Shown: positions 49,254 through 57,919 of the stretch, piece after piece | Position numbering within the stretch: position 1 is the first letter of the stretch | Layout: each line of letters begins with the position of its first letter | Source: Coriobacteriaceae bacterium | Lineage (GTDB): Bacteria; Bacillota; Clostridia; Oscillospirales; CAG-272 | Direction: 5' to 3' | Assembly (NCBI GenBank): GCA_963617165.1 | Contig: CAVEOF010000003.1 | Coordinates: 11,070 to 75,069 of the forward strand | Length of the DNA: 64,000 nucleotides | Notes under the pieces: model-generated | The model's input: only the letters and a program-made list of their open reading frames with translations | Databases searched by the model: none | Told to the model about the DNA's origin: nothing | Translations under genes and position numbers: made by a program

Positions 49254-49987
49254 CCCCCTACTTTTGCGACCTGCACATTCATTCCTGCCTTTCCCCCTGT
49301 GCCGACGACGATATGACGCCCGCCAACATTGCGGGGATGGCGGCACTGAACGGATTGCAGATTGTCGCTCTGACCGATCACAACACTTCGGCGAATTGTC
49401 CGCCCTTCTTCCGACATGCAAAGCGCCTCGGGCTCATCCCCGTCGGCGGCATGGAGCTGACGACGGCGGAGGACATTCACGCCGTGTGCCTGTTCCCCGA
49501 CCTTGACGGCGCGATGGCGTTCGACGAATTCGTCACCGCGCGGCGGTGCAAGATCCCGAACCGCATCGACCTCTTCGGCAACCAATACCTCATGAACGAC
49601 GAGGACGAGATCTGCGGCGAGATCCCCGAGCTTCTGATTCCCGCGACGGATATTTCGCTCTCCGAGGCGCACGCCGAGGTGACGGCAAGAGGCGGTGTCC
49701 TCTATCCCGCGCACATCGACCGTACCTCGAACGGACTTCTCGCGGTTCTCGGTGATTTTCCGCCGACGCCGCGGTTCACCGCCTACGAGCTTCACGACAA
49801 GGAAAGTGCCGAGACGCTTGCAAAGCGGCATCCGCTCTGCTCGCAGCTTGTGCGGACGGTTTCGTCGGACGCGCATCATCTGTGGGACATTGCGGAAGCG
49901 GACTTTTCGATCTCACTCGAAGATACGCCGTATTCCTCTGATCGTGTCAGGCGCGCTTTGCTCTCGCTTTTGCGTGGTGAAGGTTAA
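49250..49987 (+). CDS. PHP-domain metal-dependent phosphoesterase
   Basis: CDLHIHSCLSPCA...ALTDHNT...YPAHIDR. GTG start overlaps the upstream stop. Confidence 0.7.
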   Translation: MTPYFCDLHIHSCLSPCADDDMTPANIAGMAALNGLQIVALTDHNTSANCPPFFRHAKRLGLIPVGGMELTTAEDIHAVCLFPDLDGAMAFDEFVTARRCKIPNRIDLFGNQYLMNDEDEICGEIPELLIPATDISLSEAHAEVTARGGVLYPAHIDRTSNGLLAVLGDFPPTPRFTAYELHDKESAETLAKRHPLCSQLVRTVSSDAHHLWDIAEADFSISLEDTPYSSDRVRRALLSLLRGEG

Positions 49988-50282
49988 AAAACAAGCAAAA
50001 AGCAAACAATTCTTTTCATAATTTATAGATCCTCTCATAAAGATCGGAGAGAAACGCGTGGCGCGATGGTCTTGCGGAACGTGTGAAATGTGATGCAAAT
50101 AGGTCAGCAGTAAGCTTTTTGAAGATTTTTTCGCAAGGCTTAACGCACGAAACTTTTGAGTTTTTCTACAGAGCGTGACACGCGGAACGCAGGAAAAGCG
50201 AAACGGTTTCCGTTTTCTCTCAAGCGGTTCTCCCCCCTCGCATCTCCCCTTTTCGGAAAAGATCATACAAAGAGGAGCGGCT

Positions 50283-51200
50283 ATGGACGAATTTTCCCTT
50301 TATGTCCTTGACATTGTGATGAACTCCTTGCGCGCAGGCGCAACGAGAATTCATATTACCCTCACCGAGGAAGGCGATCTTCTAGACTTCACGGTGGAGG
50401 ACAACGGATGCGGCATGACGGCAGAGCAGATCGCGAAGCTGTCCGACCCCTTCTTCACGACGCGGACGACGCGGCGTGTCGGGCTCGGCGTGCCGTTTCT
50501 AAAAATGCTTGCCGAAATGACGGGCGGCTTCGTGCGTGTGGTTTCTACCCCCGCGCCGAAGCAATCAAAGCCTTGCGAAGGTGAGGCAACTTCCGCAGCG
50601 GCGGAATCGATGCCTTGTGAAAGCGAGGCAACTCCCGTGACGACGGAATCGATGCCTTGCGAGCGCGGGGTGACTTCCCTGTCGGAAGCATCTGCTCCTT
50701 GCGAGCGCGAGGTGGCTTCCCCGTCGGAAGCATCTGCTCCTTGCGAGCGCGAGGTGGCTTCCCCGTCGGAAGCATCTGCTCCCCTCGAGCGCGAGGTGGC
50801 TTCCCCGTCGGAAGCATCCGCTCCCCTCGAGAGTAGGAAGGCTTCCGCTTCTGTTCAGACTGCTCCGTCGGAGCTTTGCGATGAAGGTGCCCGCGCACAC
50901 GCCTCTTTGCCAATGACGGCGCACGGAACGTGCATCACCGCGCGATTCGGCAGGCATCACATCGACTTTCTCCCTCTCGGCGATATGGCGGGCACGCTCG
51001 TCACCCTGATTCAGGGGGCGCCTACCTGCGACTTCTTCTTCCGTCATACAAGAGACGGCGGAGAGGTCTCCCTCTCGACCGAAGAGATCCGCTCGGTCCT
51101 CGGCGACGGTATTTCGCTTGCCGAACCGGAGATCCTCGCATGGATCGGAGAAAACCTGCGGGAGCAATACGCGGCGCTTCCGAAGGAGGGCGAAAGATAA
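50283..51200 (+). CDS. GHKL (HATPase_c) protein interrupted by an in-frame tandem-repeat insertion of about 100 aa
   Basis: VEDNGCGM, RVGLGVPFLK and, after the insertion, HGTCITARF. Confidence 0.65.
   Translation: MDEFSLYVLDIVMNSLRAGATRIHITLTEEGDLLDFTVEDNGCGMTAEQIAKLSDPFFTTRTTRRVGLGVPFLKMLAEMTGGFVRVVSTPAPKQSKPCEGEATSAAAESMPCESEATPVTTESMPCERGVTSLSEASAPCEREVASPSEASAPCEREVASPSEASAPLEREVASPSEASAPLESRKASASVQTAPSELCDEGARAHASLPMTAHGTCITARFGRHHIDFLPLGDMAGTLVTLIQGAPTCDFFFRHTRDGGEVSLSTEEIRSVLGDGISLAEPEILAWIGENLREQYAALPKEGER
50571..50864 (+). repeat. About 7 x 42-nt (14-aa) in-frame tandem repeats (PCEREVASPSEASA consensus)
   Basis: Units start at 50571, 50613, 50655, 50697, 50739, 50781 and 50823. 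The central units are near-identical. Confidence 0.9.
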
Positions 51201-51323
51201 CGCCACTTCCAAAGGAGGGCAAGGTAACGCCGCTCTCCGAGGGAAGGCGAGGGATAGCTCCCTTTCCGACCGAAAGCAAGGATAATGTCACTTCCGAAAG
51301 AAGGCGTAAAATAACGCGCAAGC
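51182..51323. repeat. 5 degenerate 28-29-nt tandem units (GAAGGAGGGCGAAAGATAACGCCACTTCC-like)
   Basis: Units at 51182, 51211, 51239, 51268 and 51296. The first overlaps the stop of the GHKL gene. Confidence 0.7.
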
Positions 51324-51523
51324 GGCTCGTCCCGATGGTTCTCGGCAATCGAACGGGAACAAGGCGGCACGGGCGCGCGGCAGATGTTCCCTGTCCTGCG
51401 CCGCGAACGGCGCACCGACCGACGGGTAGCCCCCGAGTCCCCGTCCAAGTCGACACGAGCCTCGGGTTTCCAAAAGTCAATAAATAAAATTATAAATATG
51501 AAGATTAGGAAGGAAATTCAGTT

Positions 51524-51895
51524 ATGAAGTCTATCGAAGAACTCATGGCAATCAAAGCGCGGATGCAGGACAAGGTTGCACTCCGCCACGCGAACGGGCA
51601 TCTCCGCGTTGTCGTCGGCATGGCGACCTGTGGCATTGCGGCGGGCGCGCGCCCCGTACTGAACGCTTTCGTCGAAGGCGTGAATGACGCGGGACTTTCC
51701 ACGAGCGTCACCGTGACCCAGACCGGCTGCATCGGCATCTGCCAGTATGAGCCCGTCGTCGAGGTCTACGAAGAGGGGAAAGAAAAGGTTACTTATGTAA
51801 AAATGACTCCCGAGCGTGTCTCGGAAGTGATTGAAAAGCATATCAAGGGCGGCAAGCCGGTCATGGAATACACCATCGGCGCTGTCAAACTTTAA
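51524..51895 (+). CDS. Thioredoxin-like [2Fe-2S] ferredoxin (small hydrogenase-associated subunit)
   Basis: VVGMATCGIAAGA...QTGCIGICQYEP. Confidence 0.7.
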   Translation: MKSIEELMAIKARMQDKVALRHANGHLRVVVGMATCGIAAGARPVLNAFVEGVNDAGLSTSVTVTQTGCIGICQYEPVVEVYEEGKEKVTYVKMTPERVSEVIEKHIKGGKPVMEYTIGAVKL

Positions 51896-51911
51896 TTAGG
51901 AGGAAGTCTGA

Positions 51912-53735
51912 ATGTTTCGTTCTCATGTACTGATTTGCGGCGGTACCGGCTGTACCTCTTCGGGCAGCACGGCACTCCGCGAAAAGCTCGCCGCCGAACT
52001 GAAGGCAAAGGGACTCGAGGAGGAGATCAAGATCGTACAGACCGGTTGCTTCGGTCTTTGCGCGCTCGGCCCCATCATGATCGTCTATCCCGAAGGCACG
52101 TTTTACAGCCGTGTCACGGTCGATGACATCCCCGAGATCGTCGAGGAGCACCTGTTGAAGGGTCGTATCGTCGAGCGTCTTGTTTACAACGACACGGGTG
52201 CCAAGACGGGAGAGGAAGAGGCGGTCGCCGCTTCCCTTTCCGAGACGGGCTTCTACAAGAAGCAAAAGCGCGTCGCGCTCCGTAACTGCGGTGTCATCAA
52301 CCCCGAGGTGATCGATGAATACATAGCGATGGACGGTTACTTCGCGCTGGCGAAGGTTCTGAAGGAAATGACTCCCGACGATGTCATCAAGTGCATCACC
52401 GACTCGGGTCTTCGCGGCAGAGGCGGCGGAGGATTCCCCACGGGTCGGAAGTGGAGCTTTGCAAAGGCGTCGGTCGGCGACAAGAAGTACGTCGTCTGCA
52501 ACGCGGACGAGGGCGACCCCGGCGCGTTCATGGACCGTTCGGTGCTTGAGGGCGACCCGCACTGCGTGCTCGAAGCCATGGCGATCGCCGGCTATGCCGT
52601 CGGTGCCGACGAGGGCTGGATCTACGTCCGTGCCGAATACCCCATCGCGGTCAAGAGACTGACCATCGCGCTGGCACAGGCGAGAGAGTACGGTCTGCTC
52701 GGTAAGGACATCCTCGGCTCGGGCTTCAATTTCGATATTCATATTCGTCTCGGCGCGGGCGCGTTCGTCTGCGGTGAGGAGACGGCGCTCATGACCTCCA
52801 TCGAGGGCAACCGCGGCGAGCCGCGTCCCCGTCCTCCCTTCCCTGCCGTCAAGGGTCTTTTCGGTTGCCCGACGGTAGAAAACAACGTCGAGACCTTCGC
52901 CAACATCCCGCAGATCATTCTTCAAGGTGCCGAATGGTTCGCCTCCATGGGTACCGAGAAGTCGAAGGGCACCAAGGTCTTCGCTCTCGGCGGTAAGATT
53001 CAGCACACGGGTCTTGTCGAGATCCCGATGGGTACCACCCTTCGCGAGATCATCGAGGAGATCGGCGGCGGCATTCCGAACGGTAAGAAATTCAAGGCGG
53101 CGCAGACGGGCGGTCCTTCCGGCGGTTGTATTCCCGCGTCCCTGATCGACACGCCTGTCGACTACGACAACCTTGTCGCCATCGGCTGTATGATGGGTTC
53201 GGGCGGTCTGATCGTCATGGATGAGGACACCTGTATGGTCGATATGGCGAAATTCTTCCTTGAATTCACCGTTGACGAGTCCTGCGGCAAGTGCACTCCC
53301 TGCCGTGTCGGTACGAGACGTCTTCTCGAGATCCTCGAAAAGATCACCTCGGGCAACGGCACGCTCGAAGATATCGACAGACTCGAGGAGCTCTGCCACT
53401 ACATCAAAGAAAACTCCCTCTGCGGTCTCGGACAGACCGCGCCGAACCCCGTTCTCGCCACGCTGAAATTCTTCCGTGACGAGTACATCGCGCATGTCGT
53501 GGACAAGAAGTGCCCTGCCGGCGTCTGCAAGAACCTTCTCACCTTCACGATCGACAAAGACAAGTGTATCGGTTGCGGCAAGTGCGCAAAGAACTGCCCC
53601 GCCGACACCATCCACAAGACCGACTACATCGCTCCCGGTCACAAGCTGCCCTCCTACGAAATCGATCCGTCGAAGTGCGTGAAGTGCGGTGCCTGCATGT
53701 CCGGCTGTAAGTTCGGCGCGATTTCCAAGAAGTAA
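51912..53735 (+). CDS. hydB: NuoF/HydB-like NAD(P)H-FMN subunit with extra Fe-S domains
   Basis: GRGGGGFPTGRKW; ESCGKCTPCR; C-terminal 2x CxxCxxCxxxCP. Confidence 0.85.
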   Translation: MFRSHVLICGGTGCTSSGSTALREKLAAELKAKGLEEEIKIVQTGCFGLCALGPIMIVYPEGTFYSRVTVDDIPEIVEEHLLKGRIVERLVYNDTGAKTGEEEAVAASLSETGFYKKQKRVALRNCGVINPEVIDEYIAMDGYFALAKVLKEMTPDDVIKCITDSGLRGRGGGGFPTGRKWSFAKASVGDKKYVVCNADEGDPGAFMDRSVLEGDPHCVLEAMAIAGYAVGADEGWIYVRAEYPIAVKRLTIALAQAREYGLLGKDILGSGFNFDIHIRLGAGAFVCGEETALMTSIEGNRGEPRPRPPFPAVKGLFGCPTVENNVETFANIPQIILQGAEWFASMGTEKSKGTKVFALGGKIQHTGLVEIPMGTTLREIIEEIGGGIPNGKKFKAAQTGGPSGGCIPASLIDTPVDYDNLVAIGCMMGSGGLIVMDEDTCMVDMAKFFLEFTVDESCGKCTPCRVGTRRLLEILEKITSGNGTLEDIDRLEELCHYIKENSLCGLGQTAPNPVLATLKFFRDEYIAHVVDKKCPAGVCKNLLTFTIDKDKCIGCGKCAKNCPADTIHKTDYIAPGHKLPSYEIDPSKCVKCGACMSGCKFGAISKK

Positions 53736-53754
53736 TCGAAGGAGGACGCAAACC

Positions 53755-55506
53755 ATGGAAATGATCAATTGTAAAGTCAACGGCATCGCCGTCAGTGTAC
53801 CGAAGGGCTCGACGATCCTCGAAGCCGCCCGCACCGCGGGGGTCGAGATCCCGACGCTTTGCTACATGAAGAAGCTGAATGAGATCGGTGCCTGCCGTAT
53901 CTGCGTCGTCGAAGCAACGGGCGCCCGCGGACTTGTTACCGCGTGCGTATACCCCGTCGCCGAGGGAATGGAGATCCGCACCAACACGCCGAAGGTCAGA
54001 GCCGCACGCAAGACCACGCTCGAGCTCATTCTTTCGACCCACGACAAGAGCTGCCTTTCCTGCCCCCGCTCCACCAACTGCGAGCTTCAGACGCTCTGCT
54101 ACGAGTACGGCGTGGACGCAAAGGCGTTCGAGGGCTTCAAGCCGACCTACGCGCTTGACTTCTCTACCCCGCACCTTGTCAGAAACAACAACAAATGCAT
54201 TCTCTGCCGTCGTTGCGTCGCCGCCTGCCGCGAACAGTTCGTTTCGGTCATCGGCGCGAACAACCGCGGTATCGACACCTGCATCGGTCAGGCATTCGAC
54301 ATCTCGCTTGCCGAAACGCCCTGCATCTCCTGCGGACAGTGCACCGTGATCTGCCCGACCGCCGCACTGACCGAGCGTGACGACACCGACAAGGTGTGGG
54401 AAGCGCTCTCCGACCCCGAAAAGCACGTAGTCGTTCAGACCGCGCCCTCCATCCGTGCGACGCTCGGCGAATGCTTCGGTATGCCTGTCGGCACGAACGT
54501 CGAGGGCAAGATGGTCGCGGCGCTCCGCCGTCTCGGCTTCGAGCAGGTGTTCGACACCGACACCGCGGCGGACTTCACCATCGTCGAAGAAGCGACCGAG
54601 CTTCTCGAGCGCGTGAAAAACGGCGGGGTGCTCCCGATGATCACCTCCTGCTCTCCCGGATGGGTCAAGTTCTGCGAGTACTACTATCCCGAGCAGCTCT
54701 CGCACCTTTCCTCCTGCAAGTCGCCCCAGCAGATGGGCGGCGCCCTGCTCAAGACCTATTGGGCAGACAAGATGGGGTATGACCCGAAGGATGTTTACGT
54801 CGTTTCGATCATGCCCTGTACCGCGAAGAAGTTCGAGGTCGGCAGAGAGGATATGTCCGCCGCCGGCGACGGAATTCCCGACGTCGACGTGGCGCTCACC
54901 ACCCGTGAGCTTGCCCGTATGATCGCACGCGCGGGCATCAAGTTCACCGCGCTTCCCGACGAGGATTTCGACCCCGCATTCGGCGTAGATACCGGTGCCG
55001 CCGTCATCTTCGGTGCAACGGGCGGCGTTATGGAGGCGGCTCTCCGCACGGCAAACGACGTACTGACGGGCAAGGACAACAAGGCGATCGACTTCACCGA
55101 AGTCCGCGGCATGGAAGGCGTGAAGGAAGCGACCTACGACATCGCGGGAATGCAGATCAAGGTTGCCGTCGCCTCGGGTGCGAAGAACGCGAAGGCGGTC
55201 ATGGATAAGATCAAAAACGGCGAAGCCGACTGGACCTTCGTCGAGATCATGGGTTGCCCCGGCGGCTGTGTCAACGGCGGCGGTCAGCCGATCCAGCCTC
55301 AGCACGTGCGCGACACGGTAGACCTCAAGGGTCTGCGTGCCAAGGCGCTCTATGATCAGGATGCGGCAATGCCGATGCGTAAGTCGCACAAGAACCCGAT
55401 CATCAAAGAGGTTTACGACAACTATTTCGGCGGCTCCTACGGCTGTGAGAAGGCACATCACACGCTCCACACCTCCTACGTCGCAAGAAAGAGATACGGA
55501 AAGTAA
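53755..55506 (+). CDS. hydA: [FeFe]-hydrogenase catalytic subunit (M3-type architecture)
   Basis: N-terminal 2Fe-2S and F-clusters. H-cluster motifs are TSCSPGW (non-canonical), MPCTAKKFE and EIMGCPGGCVNGGGQP. Confidence 0.85.
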   Translation: MEMINCKVNGIAVSVPKGSTILEAARTAGVEIPTLCYMKKLNEIGACRICVVEATGARGLVTACVYPVAEGMEIRTNTPKVRAARKTTLELILSTHDKSCLSCPRSTNCELQTLCYEYGVDAKAFEGFKPTYALDFSTPHLVRNNNKCILCRRCVAACREQFVSVIGANNRGIDTCIGQAFDISLAETPCISCGQCTVICPTAALTERDDTDKVWEALSDPEKHVVVQTAPSIRATLGECFGMPVGTNVEGKMVAALRRLGFEQVFDTDTAADFTIVEEATELLERVKNGGVLPMITSCSPGWVKFCEYYYPEQLSHLSSCKSPQQMGGALLKTYWADKMGYDPKDVYVVSIMPCTAKKFEVGREDMSAAGDGIPDVDVALTTRELARMIARAGIKFTALPDEDFDPAFGVDTGAAVIFGATGGVMEAALRTANDVLTGKDNKAIDFTEVRGMEGVKEATYDIAGMQIKVAVASGAKNAKAVMDKIKNGEADWTFVEIMGCPGGCVNGGGQPIQPQHVRDTVDLKGLRAKALYDQDAAMPMRKSHKNPIIKEVYDNYFGGSYGCEKAHHTLHTSYVARKRYGK

Positions 55507-55572
55507 TTTTTCCCGCTTTGGCGGACAACGCTTTTCCTTTCGCTTTGGCGGACGGATGCTTTGTTTCCCTTC

Positions 55573-55612
55573 GGCGGACAGATCCAAACGGCTCTGTCCG
55601 CCGCTTTTTCGT
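55573..55612 (+). terminator. Terminator after hydA
   Basis: GGCGGACAG...CTGTCCGCC followed by GCTTTTTCGTTT. Confidence 0.65.
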
Positions 55613-55624
55613 TTCGGATGCCCC

Positions 55625-55965
55625 TTCTGCACGGGCGAAACGTGCGGCAAAGGAGGCGTTGATTCGAACGCCTTACGCACGGCGAAAGTGCGTCTTGGAA
55701 GCGTTGGTGCGATGCCTTGCGCGCGGCGACAGTGCGTTTTGGAAGCGTTGGTTCGAACGCCTTACGCACGGCGAAAGTGTGTTTCGGAAGCGTTGGTTCG
55801 AGCGTCTTACGCACGGCAAAAGTGCGTTTCGGAAGCGTTGGTTTGAAGTCTTGCTCGTGGTGAAAAGTGCGTCTTGAAAGCGTTGGTTTGAAGCCTTGCT
55901 CGTAGCGAAAGTGCGTTTCGGAAGCGTTGGTTCGAATTTCTTGCGCGTGTGCATTTTGGGAGCAT
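55625..55965. repeat. Array of 7 tandem 44-45-nt units, each with two potential hairpins / a GTTCGAAC palindrome
   Basis: Units start at 55656, 55701, 55745, 55790, 55835, 55880 and 55924. A lead-in hairpin CACGGGCGAAACGTG is at about 55629. Confidence 0.85.
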
Positions 55966-56079
55966 TTTGACACCTTGCGCTAAAAATTCACATTTTCTCT
56001 CTTGAAGATGTAGCGCATTTTCGGTATCATAGAAGCAGAATACAGTGTCCCGCGTGCGGGACGGAAAGGACGGTTTGAT

Positions 56080-57198
56080 TTGCACCCTTTTTGTGAAGTG
56101 AAAAAGAATTTCGGCTTCGGATGTATGCGGCTGCCGATGAAGGACGGCGAGGTCGACCTCGTAGAATTCTCCGAGATGGTGGATGAATTTCTGAACGAGG
56201 GCTTCAACTACTTCGACACCGCGCACGGCTACCTCGAAGGAAAAAGCGAAGTGGCACTCCGCCACGCCCTCGTCGACCGATACCCGCGTGAGCGGTATCT
56301 GCTCGCCGACAAGCTGACTGCTCCTTATTTTCAAAGCGCGGAGGACGTCCGCCCGTTCTTTGAAAAGCAACTCGAGATTTGCGGCGTCGATTACTTCGAT
56401 TTCTACTTAATGCACGCGCAAAGTAAAGAAAACTTTGCAAAATTCAAGAAATGCCGTGCCTACGAGCAGGCTTTCGAGCTGAAGGCGGAGGGAAAGATCC
56501 GTCACGTCGGGCTCTCTTTCCACGATACGGCGGATGTGCTCGAGGAGATTCTGACGACCTATCCCGATGTCGAGTTCGTTCAGCTTCAGCTCAACTACGT
56601 CGACTGGGAAGACCCTGCCGTGCAATCGCGGAAATGCTACGAGGTCGCGGCAAAGCATCATAAGCCCGTCGTCGTCATGGAGCCCGTCAAGGGCGGAACG
56701 CTCGTCAACCTCCCCGCGGACGCGAAGGAGGTGCTGACCGCGCTTCACGGCGGAAGCATCGCAAGCTATGCCGTCCGTTTTGCCGCGGGACATGACAACG
56801 TATTCATGGTGCTCTCGGGCATGAGCAATCTTGCGCAAATGCGGGACAATCTCTCCTACATGAAGGACTTCAAGCCCCTCTCGGAGACGGAGCAAGAAGC
56901 CGTCGGCAAGGTGCGCAAGATCCTGACATCCTTGCACGCGATCCCCTGCACCGCCTGCCGCTACTGCACCGAGGGGTGCCCGAAGCATATCTCCATTCCC
57001 GACCTGTTCTCCTGCCTGAACGCGAAGAACATTTACCACGACTGGAATGCGGATTATTATTACGGCGAGGTCTATACCAAGCACGGCGGACGCGCCTCCG
57101 ACTGCATTGCCTGCGGCAAATGCGAGAAGGTCTGCCCGCAGCACCTCAAGATCCGTGCTCTTCTTCGCGACGTGGCGCGGGAATTCGATCATCAATGA
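56080..57198 (+). CDS. Aldo/keto reductase fused to a C-terminal 2x[4Fe-4S]-type Cys motif domain
   Basis: FGFGCMRLP...FDTAHGY. CTACRYCTEGCP and CIACGKCEKVCP. Start is uncertain (TTG 56080 or GTG 56098). Confidence 0.7.
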   Translation: MHPFCEVKKNFGFGCMRLPMKDGEVDLVEFSEMVDEFLNEGFNYFDTAHGYLEGKSEVALRHALVDRYPRERYLLADKLTAPYFQSAEDVRPFFEKQLEICGVDYFDFYLMHAQSKENFAKFKKCRAYEQAFELKAEGKIRHVGLSFHDTADVLEEILTTYPDVEFVQLQLNYVDWEDPAVQSRKCYEVAAKHHKPVVVMEPVKGGTLVNLPADAKEVLTALHGGSIASYAVRFAAGHDNVFMVLSGMSNLAQMRDNLSYMKDFKPLSETEQEAVGKVRKILTSLHAIPCTACRYCTEGCPKHISIPDLFSCLNAKNIYHDWNADYYYGEVYTKHGGRASDCIACGKCEKVCPQHLKIRALLRDVAREFDHQ

Positions 57199-57337
57199 TC
57201 TCTCCTTTGCTCTGTCCCTTTCCATAAAAGCGTTTGATTTGTTCCCCTCTGTAAGGGTACCGGAGCTGTTGCCATTCATAAAGGGATCGGATCTGTTACC
57301 CTCCATAAAAATTAAGAATACGAAAGGATATTTTTCC

Positions 57338-57919
57338 ATGTTAGATACCGTTCTTCGTCGGCGCGGCGCTACCGCGGGCACACGAATGCTCGCAAAGCTT
57401 GCCGTTGCCTTCGCCGTTGTGATCTCCGCGGTGCTCCTGCCGCAGCTCGTCCATCTTGTCTACGGTGCGCCGGGTGGCGTCCGCTTCCTCCCGATGTATC
57501 TTCCCGTTCTGATCGGCGGCGCCCTTCTCGGCTACCGCGTCGGACTTTGCGTCGGCGTTCTCTCTCCCGTCGTGAGCTATCTCGTTACCTCGCTCTCGGG
57601 GTCGCCGATGCCTGCCGCCCTGCGTCTGCCCTTCATGGCGGCAGAGCTCGCCGTCTTTGCCCTCGTCATGGGACTGTTCTCGAAGAAGATCGCGAAGACG
57701 CCCCTTCTCGCCTTCCCTGCCGTATGGTGTGCCGAGCTGCTCGGTCGCGGCACGTTTCTTCTCTCTTCCGCCCTCTTCGGCTCGCTTGCGAATCTTCCGC
57801 CCGAGACGGTTCTCTCGCAGATCGTGGCGGGACTCCCGGGACTTCTCATTCAGGCGCTTCTCGCGCCCGCGCTGATCCTGCTTCTCGCGAAGCTTCTGCG
57901 CACGGGGGACGAGGCGTGA
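57338..57919 (+). CDS. Integral membrane protein, ECF-transporter S-component-like
   Basis: 193 aa with about 5-6 hydrophobic helices. Start MLDTVLRRR. Confidence 0.45.
   Translation: MLDTVLRRRGATAGTRMLAKLAVAFAVVISAVLLPQLVHLVYGAPGGVRFLPMYLPVLIGGALLGYRVGLCVGVLSPVVSYLVTSLSGSPMPAALRLPFMAAELAVFALVMGLFSKKIAKTPLLAFPAVWCAELLGRGTFLLSSALFGSLANLPPETVLSQIVAGLPGLLIQALLAPALILLLAKLLRTGDEA

Noticed and set aside
55625-55965. Possible CRISPR array (regular ~45-nt periodicity with palindromic repeat)
   Set aside because: The units are contiguous, with no unique spacers between them. There are no cas genes in the window, and the repeat decays directionally like a minisatellite. It is reported as a structured tandem repeat instead.
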